Origin: Octopus sinensis | Lineage: Eukaryota | Length of the DNA stretch: 64,000 bases | Direction: 5' to 3' | Assembly (NCBI RefSeq): GCF_006345805.1 | Contig: NC_043000.1 | Location: 155,558,001-155,622,000 of the forward strand | Shown: positions 41,445 through 53,086 of the stretch, in pieces | Numbering within the stretch: position 1 is the stretch's first letter | How the letters are laid out: the number at the start of each line of letters is the position of its first letter | The notes under the pieces: generated by a model | Database searches by the model: none | The model's input: only the letters and a program-made list of their open reading frames with translations | What the model was told of the DNA's origin: nothing | Position numbers and translations under genes: made by a program

Positions 41445-43045
41445 TTGGTAAAAACGGTAAGATAACAAAAGAAAGCAAGAGACGTCAATATTATGTAAAT
41501 AGAGGAAATTTATCTGTAAATGAATGTTACCATTATTCAATAGCCAAAACACGTAAGCATGGCTACTCATACGCTCACATGTGCGCTCGAGCATCCATCT
41601 GCGTACGTATACGTCACTATGAAAACGTATACATCATCACTCGCATTTTTCGCCAAATGTATACGTATATATATATACAAACTCAAACACACACACGCGT
41701 ACAGTAAAGGTTCATACATACGTCTATATACGCACAAGCACAAGAAAAAACAATACAGAAAAAAACAACAATACAGAAAAACATAAGGAAGTATACAAAG
41801 CGTAAAACCATGTTCATATACGGACATGCCCTTATGCACGCATACACACACGCGCCCATATATGTGCATACCCGCACATGTTTATATACGCATACACACA
41901 CACGCTTACACAAAAAAGATTATTTCATACGCCCCCCCCCAAAAAAAAACGGAAAAAATTGTAAAAATACTAAGTAAAAACGTCTATATATATATTTGTA
42001 TTCTTATGCCCGCACACATCTATATACATACACACCCGCCCACTCATACATATTCACACACATGTACAAATGAATCTATATACACGTCTATATAGGCACA
42101 GGAAAAAATGTAGGATGGAAGAGTACAGAAAAAATTATTAAGTATAAAAATATAAAAATATATGAAAAAATAAAAGTTATAATGAGATAAAAAAAACTTT
42201 TTGGGACATAATATAGAAAGCAAGTTCTATCTGTATTCTTGGGGGGACCAAAACGTAACAAAAATTTTGTCACATGTGGGCATGTTCCGAAAAGTTATGT
42301 CCTTAAGTTTAGACATGTTGTAGGGCCTAAGCTTCTTTTCCAGATAAGCCATCTCTCCATGTCGCATAGACCGCACTTTCGGCTGCCGTTGGTGTAGGGC
42401 TTACATTTGGCCAAAATCTTCCAATGGATGTTGTAATTGACACCTTTATCTTTTAATGACCAAATATGATTGGATAATTTTGTCGCTTTTCTTTTGTTCC
42501 AGTACCTAAAACTCAAGGTGTGGTTATTGAACCTGGCCTTGAAATTACCCTCTGTAAGGCCCACGTATTTCTTCGTCGAAACGGTGTCTTTAGTGGTTAC
42601 AGAGTCCACGGTAGCTTCATAGATGATGGTCTCGGACATGCAAGCTCCATTTAGGGGGCACAATTTTCTACTCCTACATGAACAGCTGTTTTCTTGTGGT
42701 TTTTGTGTGTTATGTGTGATTATATTTTTAAAATTGGTAGTTGAACTAAAACTAATTTTTAAATTGTGTTTATTGAAGAGTTTCCTATAAATATGGTTAA
42801 CTGGAAAATGTCTATCTTTCAATGAGTAGCCATGCTTACGTGTTTACTATGAACTTTTAACCTTAATTTATATAAGTAGCGGAATAATAACACAGTAATT
42901 TCCCTTTGAATAACGGTATTTTTTCATAGCGTTTTTTCAGATGGCCAGATAACCGAAGAGATGGTGTCGTGGATTTCCACTTCGGCATCCGAAACTCAGA
43001 GTTTTATCTTGGCTATTGAATAATGGTAACATATTAATTTACAGA
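41445..43045 (-). mobile_element. 5'-truncated Naiad-like PLE with GIY-YIG ORF, 3' pseudo-LTR and inverted 5' pseudo-LTR piece
   Basis: ORF 42295-42822: CSCRSRKLCPLNGAC, IIYEA...YVGLTEGNFKARFNNH...CGLC; continues in frame past one TAA as LFGTCPHVTKFLL. 42822-42843 plus 43009-43045 are the reverse complement of ~41505-41570. (TA)n at both ends. Confidence 0.88.
42948..43008 (+). ncRNA. Type I hammerhead fold, U4C core variant, in the inverted pseudo-LTR
   Basis: gataa-CCGAAGA-gatg...gtgga tt tccac...catc c-GAAA-ctcagag-TT-ttatc. 5-bp stem I; same stem III as the 7625 fold. Confidence 0.65.
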
Positions 43046-43062
43046 TATATATATATATATAT

Positions 43063-43250
43063 ACTAGCAGAGATACCCGGCGTTGCCCGGTTACATTCAA
43101 TTGGAGAATTAGACTTTTCTGTTATATCTTCTGTAATGAACTGGAATATCTACGTTTCGAATTTCATCAAAATTGTAGATGAGGGTTATTTCACTCTTTA
43201 CAAACCCTAAAAAATTGTAATCGTGCCACATGTATCCCATAATACTGATT
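43063..43250 (-). mobile_element. Helitron-like 3' end
   Basis: actagcagagatacccggcgttgcccgg is the reverse complement of hairpin + CTAG|T. Confidence 0.7.
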
Positions 43251-43251
43251 T

Positions 43252-44199
43252 TTATGCGCATATTCCAAAATTCCAGTCTTATTGAACTTGTTAAAAAGAT
43301 TTTGCTCCTGAAAAATGAAGGTCATGGAGCTCTAAAATGTGAGAGTTAAGGCCCCTGTTGGGGGTAGGCATCTTAATGTCAACCAGAGAAGTTGAATTGT
43401 TGAAAATCTTTTTAACTTGGGTCTTATATCTATTGTTTGAATTTCTTTGAAATAGGAAATATATGTTCACTGGGTTTGTAAAAGAGAGCAAAGCTACAGG
43501 AAACAAAAAGACAAATGATCACAATAAGCAGTCAGTTACCCTACCCTAGTCGTTACCACTCCCAATGTAGGATTCCTCACCATCCAGGTGACAGGCACAG
43601 CCGTAAGATGCTTTACGAATGTATAGCAATTGGAAGGGTGTGACCCAACTGAAATCAACATTAACAATTGTTTGACGTGAGGGCTAAGAAGAAATGAAAG
43701 TGTCACCTCTGGAGTTTGCAAATGACCACTATACTGATACGTAACTAAATAGAATAAATTTAAAATCTATAAATGTCTTTGAATAACCAGTCACTCATCT
43801 GGGAAGGCCATGAAATCAATGTTACCATCTGGGGACAATGTGTGACCAAGTGATAATAAAAAGACTGAAAGGAGGTCTGCAATCAAATAACTTTGCTCAA
43901 CACTTTGCAACTGAATCAGTGGAGGCAAAGATGCCTCTCATTTACTTACAATTTATGCACCACATTGCAGAAATCACAATGTAAGTGTATGTCAAAGCCA
44001 ACTGTTACACTGTTGTACCCATGATTTAGAAATAATGCCCAACTTTTATGCTCGGGTAACCCTACAGCTTCCAAGAGCACAACTATATTTGTTTTTGCTT
44101 AGATAAAATGACAAAATTGTTAGTGTTAAGTCCCCATGGAGGGTCTTTCTAACTTTTTAACAAGTTCAATAAGACTGGAATTTTGGAATATGCGCATAA
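43252..44199. repeat. Segment bounded by a perfect 47-bp inverted repeat
   Basis: ttatgcgcatattccaaaattccagtcttattgaacttgttaaaaag at 43252-43298; exact reverse complement at 44153-44199. Confidence 0.8.
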
Positions 44200-46385
44200 C
44201 TGATGAAACATCACTCGTTTTCGACTCACTAAAGCAGCTCTTTTTCCCTTCAAAGCTTGGTTCAAACGCTCTAATTGCTGACAGTAGACTTGAGCATTGA
44301 TTGTTGCATTAGGTGGTAACAATATAAAGTGAATTACACCTTTGCAATCGCACCAGACAGAGAGAACCTTTTTCCCATGAAGTTCCTTTCTCGGTTGTGG
44401 TTGAGCATTTTCCCAGTTACCAAACCACTGTTTACGACGATTAACATTTCGATAGAAAATCCATTTTTCATCACAAGTCTATCGAAAAAGGGTGAAATGA
44501 GTTTGCAAGTATGGAGAGAAGAGCAGATACCAAGTTGGGATTTGCGGTTGCTTTCGGACAATGCATGAAGCACCTATTTTCCAAGTTTAGGAATCTTTCC
44601 ACGCTGTTGAAGATGACGATGACAGTTGTATGGTTTGAACTAAGCTTTATTGCCAATTCTTCAACTGATAATGAGGGATTTTCTTCAAGTAATGCCTCAA
44701 GGAGCTTATCATCAAACTCAACTGGACGTCCTATTCGATATTCATCTTCAATTTTGTAAACGATCTCCTGCACGTTCTTTCATTCGAGCACTTTCCCATA
44801 AACTGAGTGTATGTTTCGAGTCACTTCGGCAGCAGAGTTACCTTTATTGTACTCATAAAGAATTATATGTGCCTTAAATGCTCCTTGGATACTTCCATGT
44901 TGAAAGGGTTTTAATCAAAGCAATTTTAGGGTGTCCACGAAGTCTGGGTTTATGGAATAAAATCATAACATAAACAAATAAATATAAGAAATAATTTTCC
45001 TTTTTTACTTTTGTTTAAATTAAATTAAAAAAATACTTTATTTTTCTAAATTTATTTGTTATTTTTTCTACAGATGATCGAATTATGGCTCTGTCTAAAG
45101 AAGAAAGAATCCCAGATCGAATGAGGAATCTGTCTAAAGAAGAAGAATCGAGTTTGTATTATTAAGTGGACGAGAGGGATGGTCTTATTGCAAAATTGCG
45201 GAAGAATTTAATCTTTGACACCATTTTAGGTAACCTATTTATTTTACTGCCGTCAGGAAATTGATCAAGAAATTTAAAGAAACAGGCAGTGTTTTGTTCC
45301 AGGCGACCAAAGACTTCAGATGAAACTAAAGAGGCTGTCGAGGCTAAAGTTTCTGCTAGCCCAAAGAAATCACTTCGTCGGACATCCACGGTGTTAGGTG
45401 TTCCAAAACCAACCATCCGCAAAATGCTGGTTGAGGAAAAGTTTCATCGATACAACCTACAGATATTGCATCACTTAAATGAAGATGATCCTGATAGACG
45501 AATGTAGACGTGCGAATGGTTTTCAGATAAATTGGATGAAAATATCAATTTTACGAAAAACTTTGTTGTTCAGTGACAAAGCCACGTTTTATGTAAATGG
45601 TGAGGTCAACAAACAGAATCTTCTATAATGGTCTCGAGGTAATCCACATTGGATAGATCCATCCAAACAGCAAGGCAGGAAAAAGGTGATGGTGTGGTGT
45701 GGTTTTTGGAAAGCTCATGTTCTAGGACCCTTCTTCATTGAACATGTAATGGATGAGACTTATGCAAATATATTGAGACAAATTAATATCTTAAATTGAG
45801 CACCTAGGTGAGAGCCTTCCGAAATGGTTTCAGCAGGATTAGGCCTCTACCCATTTTGCCACAACTGTTAGAGATTGGCTTAATGACACTTTTCCTCACT
45901 AGACTGGAAGAAGGGGTCATATGGAATGGTCCCCTCGTTCACCAGACCTTTCTCCCCTTGATTTCTTTTTCTGGAGTATGTTGAAAGAGAAAGTTTACTC
46001 AATAAAGATTACAGATTTAAAACACATATGAGAACCAGTCAGTGTGCTGAAATTGATGGCAATGTAGACTTATTTAATCAAGTTCACCTGAATGTTGCAA
46101 GGCGCATCAAGTTATGCATTGAAAATGATGGAAATCACTTTGAAAATATTATTTATTAACATTATAATTAAATAAAATTGCTTTGTTTTAAAAGTATGTC
46201 TTAATCCCCATGTACGCAGACTTTGTGGACACCGTCTACTATTTTGTAAAACAATATTTAATTAGTTTAAACGTACACAATTGCATAAAAATAATTTTTA
46301 ATTGAATTAGACATTTGCAAATACTATTAAATTTCATTCAAATCTAAAAAAGGTAAAATTGGACAGAACTGACTGGATGACTTGA
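44200..46385 (-). mobile_element. 3'-truncated mariner interrupted by a maT element
   Basis: GRPVEFDDKLLEALLEENPSLSVEELA, HALSESN and VYCQQLERL...VMFHQ motifs at 44200-44800. TIR-like tcaagtcatccagtcagttctgtccaa + TA at 46385. Confidence 0.75.
44928..46235 (+). mobile_element. Decayed Tc1/mariner-superfamily element (maT/DD37D-like)
   Basis: ~27-bp TIRs agggtgtccacgaagtctgggtttatgg / ccatgtacgcagactttgtggacaccgt. Motifs SPKKSLRRTS, VMVWCG, WFQQD, WSPRSPDLSPLDFFFW. Confidence 0.88.
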
Positions 46386-46414
46386 TATATATAATCTATG
46401 ATATTGTAGTAGGT

Positions 46415-46798
46415 GTGGAGGCACAATGGCCCAGTGGTTAGGGCAGCGGACTCGTGGTCGTTGGTTTCGATTCCCAGACCGGGCGTTGTGAGTGTTTATT
46501 GAGCGAAAACACCTTAAAGCTCCACGAGGCTCCGGCAGGGATGGTGGTGATCCCTGCTGTACTCTTTCACCACAACTTTCTCTCACTCTTACTTCCTGTT
46601 TCTGTTGTACCTGTATTTCAAAGGGCCGACCTTGTCACTCTCTGTGTCACGCTGAATATCCCCGAGAACTACGTTAAGGGTACACGTGTCTGTGGAGTGC
46701 TCAGCCACTTACACGTTAATTTCACGAGCAGGCTGTTCCGTTGATCGGATCAATCGGATCCCTCGTCGTCGTAACCGACGGAGTGCTTCCATCCATTC
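46415..46798 (+). mobile_element. Family C SINE with 8-bp TSD
   Basis: Full copy; tagtaggt at 46407-46414 and 46799-46806. Confidence 0.92.
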
Positions 46799-47689
46799 TA
46801 GTAGGTTTCAAGTTTATAACACCTTGATATCTCATGTTATCTCATTTTATATGCCTAAGACGTTTATTTTCTATTCTGGTTTTTATATATTTCTATACAT
46901 TATATTTGTATCATTAATTTATTTTAAGCCGAAACATAATACGATCTTTGTACGAACGAAAGAACAAGAAAGTCATCTGGAACTTTTATATTCCACCGGT
47001 GTTTGTAATCGATGGTGACATGTGCGATGATTTTGCGATTATCTTATATTTTACAGAGAAATTGGAAGCCCCGAATGTAAGTCAGCACTTTATACATAAT
47101 TCAATATTTATAGTTCTCTATTTCTAACAGAAATTCTGTCCTCAATAATTATAGATCTATTTCTAAATGTAATTCTTTTTCTTCTCGTTCATGCATTCTT
47201 GTCTGTCTCTTGACAAACTTTCTTTCTCCAGCGTTCACCACTTCACCTCGTTAGGGTTAAACAGCCCTTACCGAATGTTTTCACTGTCCTGTTTTTGTTA
47301 GCAGCTTTGACGTTCCACGTATCTCAAATTTTATTTAATTTGCTTCGGGGCAGCAATTGCTTTGACGAAGACGCATCTTGTTGCAATGCAGAGTAGGTAA
47401 AACTGCCAACAACTGAGGGAGGGTTGTTTTTTTTATGCTGCCTTTGCGCTATAGTTCTCTATATATAATTAAAATTCTTTCCTTCCTCTCCTTCAGAAGC
47501 CAAGCCAAGCCAAGCCAACTTTAATAGTAACACCAATGCCGTAGCGTCGACTGTGGGCCGGTGGCTGTGTACAGTCGCCTCAATGTCGCCCAGAACGAGC
47601 TCTGGTCGCCGTAGCGTCGACTGTGGGCCGGTGGCTGTGTACTGTTGCCCCAATGGCGATCAGAGTTAGCCCATGACACTCCTTGGACC

Positions 47690-47805
47690 CTAAGTAAGGC
47701 ATGTGTAAAATTTGAACGAAATTGGTTGTGTAGTTCTCAAGTTTTAGGAAAACACACAGACAGATAGACACACATTCTCAGTTTTATATCTATATCTCTA
47801 TAGAT
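47690..47805 (-). mobile_element. Helitron-like 5' end
   Basis: Reverse complement: atctatagagatatagatataaaactgagaatgtgtgtctatctgtctgtgtg...accaatttcgttcaaattttacac. Confidence 0.55.
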
Positions 47806-47879
47806 ATAAAACTGCTTTCAGCTGACCAAAAAGACACTGAGATTTCAGTAGCACAAAATCTCCATGATTGTGTTGAGAA

Positions 47880-48190
47880 CAATGAAAAACTTTTGAAAAC
47901 TTTGCGTAGGCCTCTGAACAGGTATCGCCAACCTTTCAGCAAAATTGGATGCAGATTCTCTGCTCAACTTTCTCTGTCATGGTCAATGCGACGATCACAC
48001 GCTACACACCTTCCTTCCAAGCACTGCTGTAAACAGCAGAAGTGAGCTAGAATGTTAAAACTTAGTGCACATACACAGCGGAGCTAAAGATCAATCTGTG
48101 CCAAGCGGCTACACTCTGCGAACTTTAGCTTCGTCACTATGGCAACAGTCCGGATCGTATGGTATACACATAGTAGCTTACTGGTAAAGC
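47880..48190 (-). mobile_element. Mariner 5' fragment
   Basis: MTEKVEQRICIQFC*KVGDTCSEAYAKF resembles the mariner N-terminal EQRxCIKFC motif. Confidence 0.65.
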
Positions 48191-48266
48191 ACGTTCTCTT
48201 TCAGTTTTCGTTGTGTATTTGGTTAACGAGTGAGACGGAAGATGGAATATACGAGCATTTTTATTA

Positions 48267-48477
48267 ATCACTGCAATTGTCTCGACCCGTCTAGCATCGA
48301 TCCCTCATGGGTGGGATACTTAGAAACTGGTTTAGAAGCATCCGTCGGTGTAGATGTAGCTTTTCGGGTGATAGTTAGATGTTGTTCGTTACAATAACGA
48401 CTGTTCCGCAAGGTATCTTCTCGGTTCGTGAAAAGAAAAGTAATAAGTGCTAGATGGGTCGAAACAATTGTAGAGAT
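48267..48477. repeat. Inverted pair of degenerate or partial hammerhead 3' halves
   Basis: caattgtctcgacccgtctagca (48274-48296) versus tgctagatgggtc-GAAA-caattg-TA (48448-48472). Confidence 0.5.
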
Positions 48478-48548
48478 AAATAAAAAACCTTGTACCTTCT
48501 ATTTTCCATCTCTCTCATTAACAATCTATATGTGTACGTGTGTGAGTG

Positions 48549-48600
<52 letters not shown>

Positions 48601-48602
<2 letters not shown>

Positions 48603-48771
48603 CGCAGGAGTGGCTGTGTGGTAAGTAGCTTGCTTACCAACCACATGGTTCCGGGTTCAGTCCCACTGCGTGGCATCTTCGGCAAATGTCTTCTGCTATA
48701 GCCCCGGGCCGACCAATGCCTTGTGAGTGGATTTGGTAGATGGAAACTGAAAGAAGCCTGTCGTATATATG

Positions 48772-48808
<37 letters not shown>

Positions 48809-49010
48809 ATGTGTGTGAGTGTTTGTCCCCCTAGCATTGCTTGACAACCGATGCTGGTGTGTTTACGTCCCCGTCTCTTAGCGGTTCGGCAAAAGAGACC
48901 GATAGAATAAGTACTGGGCTTACAAAAGAATAAATCCCGGGGTCGATTTGCTCGACTAAAGGCCGCAATCAAATGACTGAAACAAATAAAAGAGTAAAAG
49001 AGTAAAGAGT
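48601..49010 (+). mobile_element. Family A SINE
   Basis: Full copy inserted after (TA)n. Confidence 0.9.
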
Positions 49011-49253
49011 ATGTGTGTGTGTGTGTGTTGTGTGTGTGTGTTATAAGAGGTAATGGGGTCACTGAGACCCAAAGGTGTCAGGTGATGCTGATTAAGTGCT
49101 ATAGACAGGCCATAGTTAAGTTCAGGTTCGGTGATTTTGCGAATAAGGGGTTCAGCGTTGGTCATATGTCAACGAGTGTATATAAGAATGTTTTGCGTAA
49201 TGAGATAAAAAAAACCAAGGCTGTGTAGATATTAGAACATTTATAGATAGAAC

Positions 49254-49305
49254 GTCTTTCAGCTGTTTCCAGGATATTTATTAATTATATCCCTTCATCG
49301 GAGAC
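49254..49305 (-). ncRNA. Hammerhead fold, U4C family, damaged (U16.1 to A)
   Basis: gtct-CCGATGA-agggatataattaataaatatcctg-GAAA-cagctg-AA-agac. Confidence 0.55.
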
Positions 49306-49373
49306 GGTGTGAGAGGATGGTTAAGTAATAGTTCCTATCTAAATTAACTATTACTTAACCATCCTCTCACACC

Positions 49374-49425
49374 GTCTCCGATGAAGGGATATTATTAATA
49401 AATATCCTGGAAACAGCTGTAAGAC
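49374..49425 (+). ncRNA. Type I hammerhead fold, U4C core variant
   Basis: gtct-CCGATGA-agggatattattaataaatatcctg-GAAA-cagctg-TA-agac. Palindromic stem III ACAGCTGT, 4-bp stem I. Confidence 0.72.
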
Positions 49426-49490
49426 CTGCTATCTATAAATGTTCTAATATCTACACAGCCATGGGTTTTTATCTCATTATGCAAAAAATT

Positions 49491-49527
<37 letters not shown>

Positions 49528-49623
49528 CGGGAAGCTTTATGAAAATAAACAAAAGACGAAGGCAGGTGGAATACAAACAAACAATTGTATTAGTATGGCG
49601 CTCAGGAATATAAATAAAACAAG

Positions 49624-49661
49624 TCTTTTACGTTTCGAGCCTGCGCTCTTCAACAGAAAGA
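49624..49661 (-). ncRNA. Minimal hammerhead fold, CUGUUGA (A6U) + extra A variant
   Basis: tcttt-CTGTTGA-a-gagc gcag gctc-GAAA-cg-TA-aaaga. Stem III palindrome ACGT. Module 49526-49705 ends in (TA)n. Confidence 0.62.
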
Positions 49662-51014
49662 AACACAGAAAAGAAACACGGAGAGATACAAGGAGAGAAA
49701 AAAATATATACATAATGTAAAGGTAAAGGGTTATTGTATTCAAGCCATATGAAGATAAACGGAACATATATTGATGGGCTGAATTCGAGTTAATTGGGAC
49801 TTCAAGTAGTGTCAAATGGCTTATATAGATATATGAATCAAATGAACGAAGGGCCTTTTACGTTTTTCGACCTACGCAAGCATGGAGCCTTATCTTTTCC
49901 GTTTTTCACACTATCGACATCAAGAAAGATATATTGCGTAACGTACACTCTAGATACACTCTGTTTGAGAAAATATAGAGCGGTAACGACGGCAACGTTT
50001 TCGATCATAAGAGTATTCAATTGGGGTTGATTACCAATAACAACCACCACAAATATGAATATGCATGAACGTGTGGGTATATGAATGTGAATATGTATTG
50101 TGTGATTGTGAGTTCCCGCGTCCCTAAATGCAAACGGGAAGATTAATACTACGATGATCAAATTCAAAATTCAACACTATTGTCTTCCCTTTCATAGGTA
50201 ACTATTTAAAAATCCATCCAAAGTACTAAGTGATTTTCTATCGACCTAAGAAAAGGATGGGCTTAGCCCATTTTTTATTCATAAGAAACGATATATAGGG
50301 AGTGTCTTATTGCCTTCAAATATTAATCAATCAATCAGTCACGCACGCGTATGGTACACGCACACACACACGCACGAACACACACACACACACACACAAA
50401 CACAAACACACAAACACACACACACACAAACACACACACACAAACACACACTAGCACACTCGCGCGCACACCAAAACACTATCACACAAACGTTTATTAT
50501 CACATTGACCTAAATTTGTGTGCATGTATAGAATTCATTGTTATTTTATGATACTTCTTCCGAATTAACATTTGTATGTGTGCATGTGTGTGTGTGTGTG
50601 TGAATGTGTGTGTATGTGTATGTGTGTGTGTGTGCGTGCGCTTGTGTCTGTCTGACTGTCTATGTATGAATCACATGGTCCCATGACGTAGTCCCACTGC
50701 GTAGCCCTGCTATAGCCCCGGTTGGTCAAAGCCTTATGAGTGGATTTTGTAGACGGAAACTGAAAGAAACGTATCGTGTGTGTGTGTGTGTGTGTGTGTG
50801 TATCTTTGTGTTTACCCCCTAACACCACCACTTGACAACCGGTGTTGATATGTTTACGTCCTTCTAACTTAGTGGTTCGACAAGAGGGCCCAATAGAATT
50901 AGCATGATGCTCAAAAACAAAAGAAAGTTTGTGGTCGACTTATTCGACTAAGCCCTTCAAGGTGGTGCCCCAGCTTGGACGCAATCCAATGACTGAACAA
51001 ATGATAAATAAAAG

Positions 51015-51057
<43 letters not shown>

Positions 51058-51261
51058 CCTTGTAAGGGTATTTGGTAGACGGAAATTGAATAAGCCCGTC
51101 GTGTGTGTGTGTGTGTGTGTGCGTGCGTGCGTGTATGTGTGTGAGATCGTGTGTGTATGTGTGTGTTTGTGTGTGTGTGTGTGTGTGCGTGTGTGTGTGT
51201 GTGTGTGTATGTGTGCGTGCGTGCGTGTGTGTGTGTGTGATTGTGTGTGTGTACATTTATA

Positions 51262-51680
51262 TACAAGGTTCATTGCAGAAGTTTTGAAATTTTTTTAGGA
51301 GAAACATTTTTTAAAAATTTCCGAGAAGTACAAAACTCTAATCGCCTTCGAAGTAGGGTCCTTTGACTTCAATGCACTTGATGTAGCACCCCAGCCGCTT
51401 CATGAAGTTCCCATGAATGTCCTCCAAAGTGAAGGTGTCCAGGACACTCGCCACAGACTCCTTCATCTCCTTCAGCTTGGAGAACAACCAAAAGTGACAG
51501 GTTGAAAAGTCTGGACTATTGGGAGGGTGTAGCAACAGTTTTAATGCCCTTCTCTGCCAAGTAGTTGGTTACCAGGATGGGATTGTGGACTGCTGCATTG
51601 TCCTGGGGCATGTGTTCTGTCCTTTTGTGATCGAATCTCTTCCTGAAAAGACCTCAACAGCTTCACAAATTTCTTTTTGT
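51262..51680 (-). mobile_element. Mariner 3' fragment
   Basis: LHPPNSPDFSTCHFWLFSKLK...CIEVKGPYFEGD. Confidence 0.8.
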
Positions 51681-51968
51681 TGACCGTGTGAGTGTGTGTA
51701 TGTATGTGTTTGTGTAAAGTATATTTATATATTTGAGTGAGTATATATGTGTTCGTGTATGTTTATTTAGAAAGATACATAGAAAATTGAATTACAGACA
51801 CGCACATTTACACATACATAAATATATAAAGGGAAACACTTAAAAAAGAAGTGGGCTGTGACAAAGTATAGAAAACCGCTTTTGCTTTAGACTCTGCTAC
51901 TCATACATATTAAATGTATACAAATACATAGAGTTGAAGTACAGTTCGATTTTTTCATCTCTTTGTAC

Positions 51969-52030
51969 CCTTTTTATATATAAAATACTACAATTAGCCG
52001 TTATTTCTGACGGCACGGGGTCAGCTAGTT
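51969..52030 (+). mobile_element. Minimal Helitron-like remnant
   Basis: ctttttatatataaaat start, gccgttatttctgacggc hairpin, CTAG|T end. Confidence 0.45.
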
Positions 52031-52336
52031 TAACATAAAACTCTATTGCATAGCGAGCTTCCAAAATGTTTAAACGTTCCCACTACGTTCTAAAAACTAG
52101 TCAGCTGTGACACGCGGGATTTAGTATGGTGTTTTCAAAGTGCTGTTATAACCTTCTTCTTAGTTCTGCAATAACAAAATTTGACAAACCGGCTAATGAA
52201 ATGTTGAGTAATCATATACTGAAATCATTATAATCTAAGGCAATTAAACTGCTTCTCCTTAAATTGTCTTTAAACTTCGGGAATGCACGTCGGATATATA
52301 TATATTATATATATATATATATAATATATATATATA

Positions 52337-52477
52337 TAAAACATTATTGGTGATTGAAGAAATGGAGCTGAACGCAGATTGAACAGAATCGTTTATTTCA
52401 TTCTACAGAATGAAATAAAACGATTTCTGTTCAATCTGCGTTCAGCTCCATTTCTTCAATTCACCAATAATGTTTTA
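52337..52477. repeat. ~140-bp foldback palindrome abutting (TA)n
   Basis: taaaacattattggtgattgaagaaatggagctgaacgcagattgaacagaatcg... mirrored as ...cgatttctgttcaatctgcgttcagctccatttcttcaattcaccaataatgtttta. Confidence 0.92.
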
Positions 52478-52624
52478 ATTTCAATTATCCGCACCAACGC
52501 ACGGTTGCAACGCAGATGGTTGTACTCCAACCGTGCTGTTCACTGCTGTGATTTTTGCTACTAAGGTATCGGTTAAACTTTTGATTAATCTACTACAAGA
52601 TTATTCATCTTTCTATTTCACATA

Positions 52625-52678
<54 letters not shown>

Positions 52679-52872
52679 TTGTTAAATGCTCGAAATACGA
52701 GACTAGAAAAACAGCCAACAACTGATGAAGGATCGTTCTTTATGTTGTTTGCTTTGTTTTCCATTTGTGTCTTTCGTTGTTCGAAACAATAGTTCATGTT
52801 CCATGTACTCGTGCTACGTACTTTTTTGTTGTACACGTTTCGTGACGTCTTGTGCCCATATATGCAAATATA

Positions 52873-52904
<32 letters not shown>

Positions 52905-53043
52905 ATATATATATACGTATAATGTATGTATATATACGTATATATATATAAAAATATTATTAGAGACAAAACCACTATTTTGCAAAACAAACAAGAAAGA
53001 CTTAATCAATACATAAAATTTTAATAAATAGTCAAAAAAACCG

Positions 53044-53086
53044 CCACTACAATTGTTTCTTGTCTTGATCGACAATCTTCAGGTGG
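53044..53086 (-). ncRNA. Minimal type I hammerhead ribozyme fold (canonical core)
   Basis: ccac-CTGAAGA-ttgtc gatcaa gacaa-GAAA-caattg-TA-gtgg. All stems pair; stem III palindrome ACAATTGT. Confidence 0.82.

Larger units (their letters stand above)
49180..49500. repeat. ~320-bp palindrome made of two outward-facing hammerhead modules
   Basis: Arms 49180-49332 and 49345-49500 are reverse complements; right arm ends in (TA)n. Confidence 0.92.

Noticed and set aside
47538-47642. CRISPR-like repeat-spacer-repeat
   Set aside because: Only two repeats, eukaryotic context, no cas genes.
52715-52805. CTGATGAAGG...GAAACAATAG possible hammerhead (similar case at 18790-18860)
   Set aside because: Stems I-III do not pair convincingly; at most a very decayed relic.
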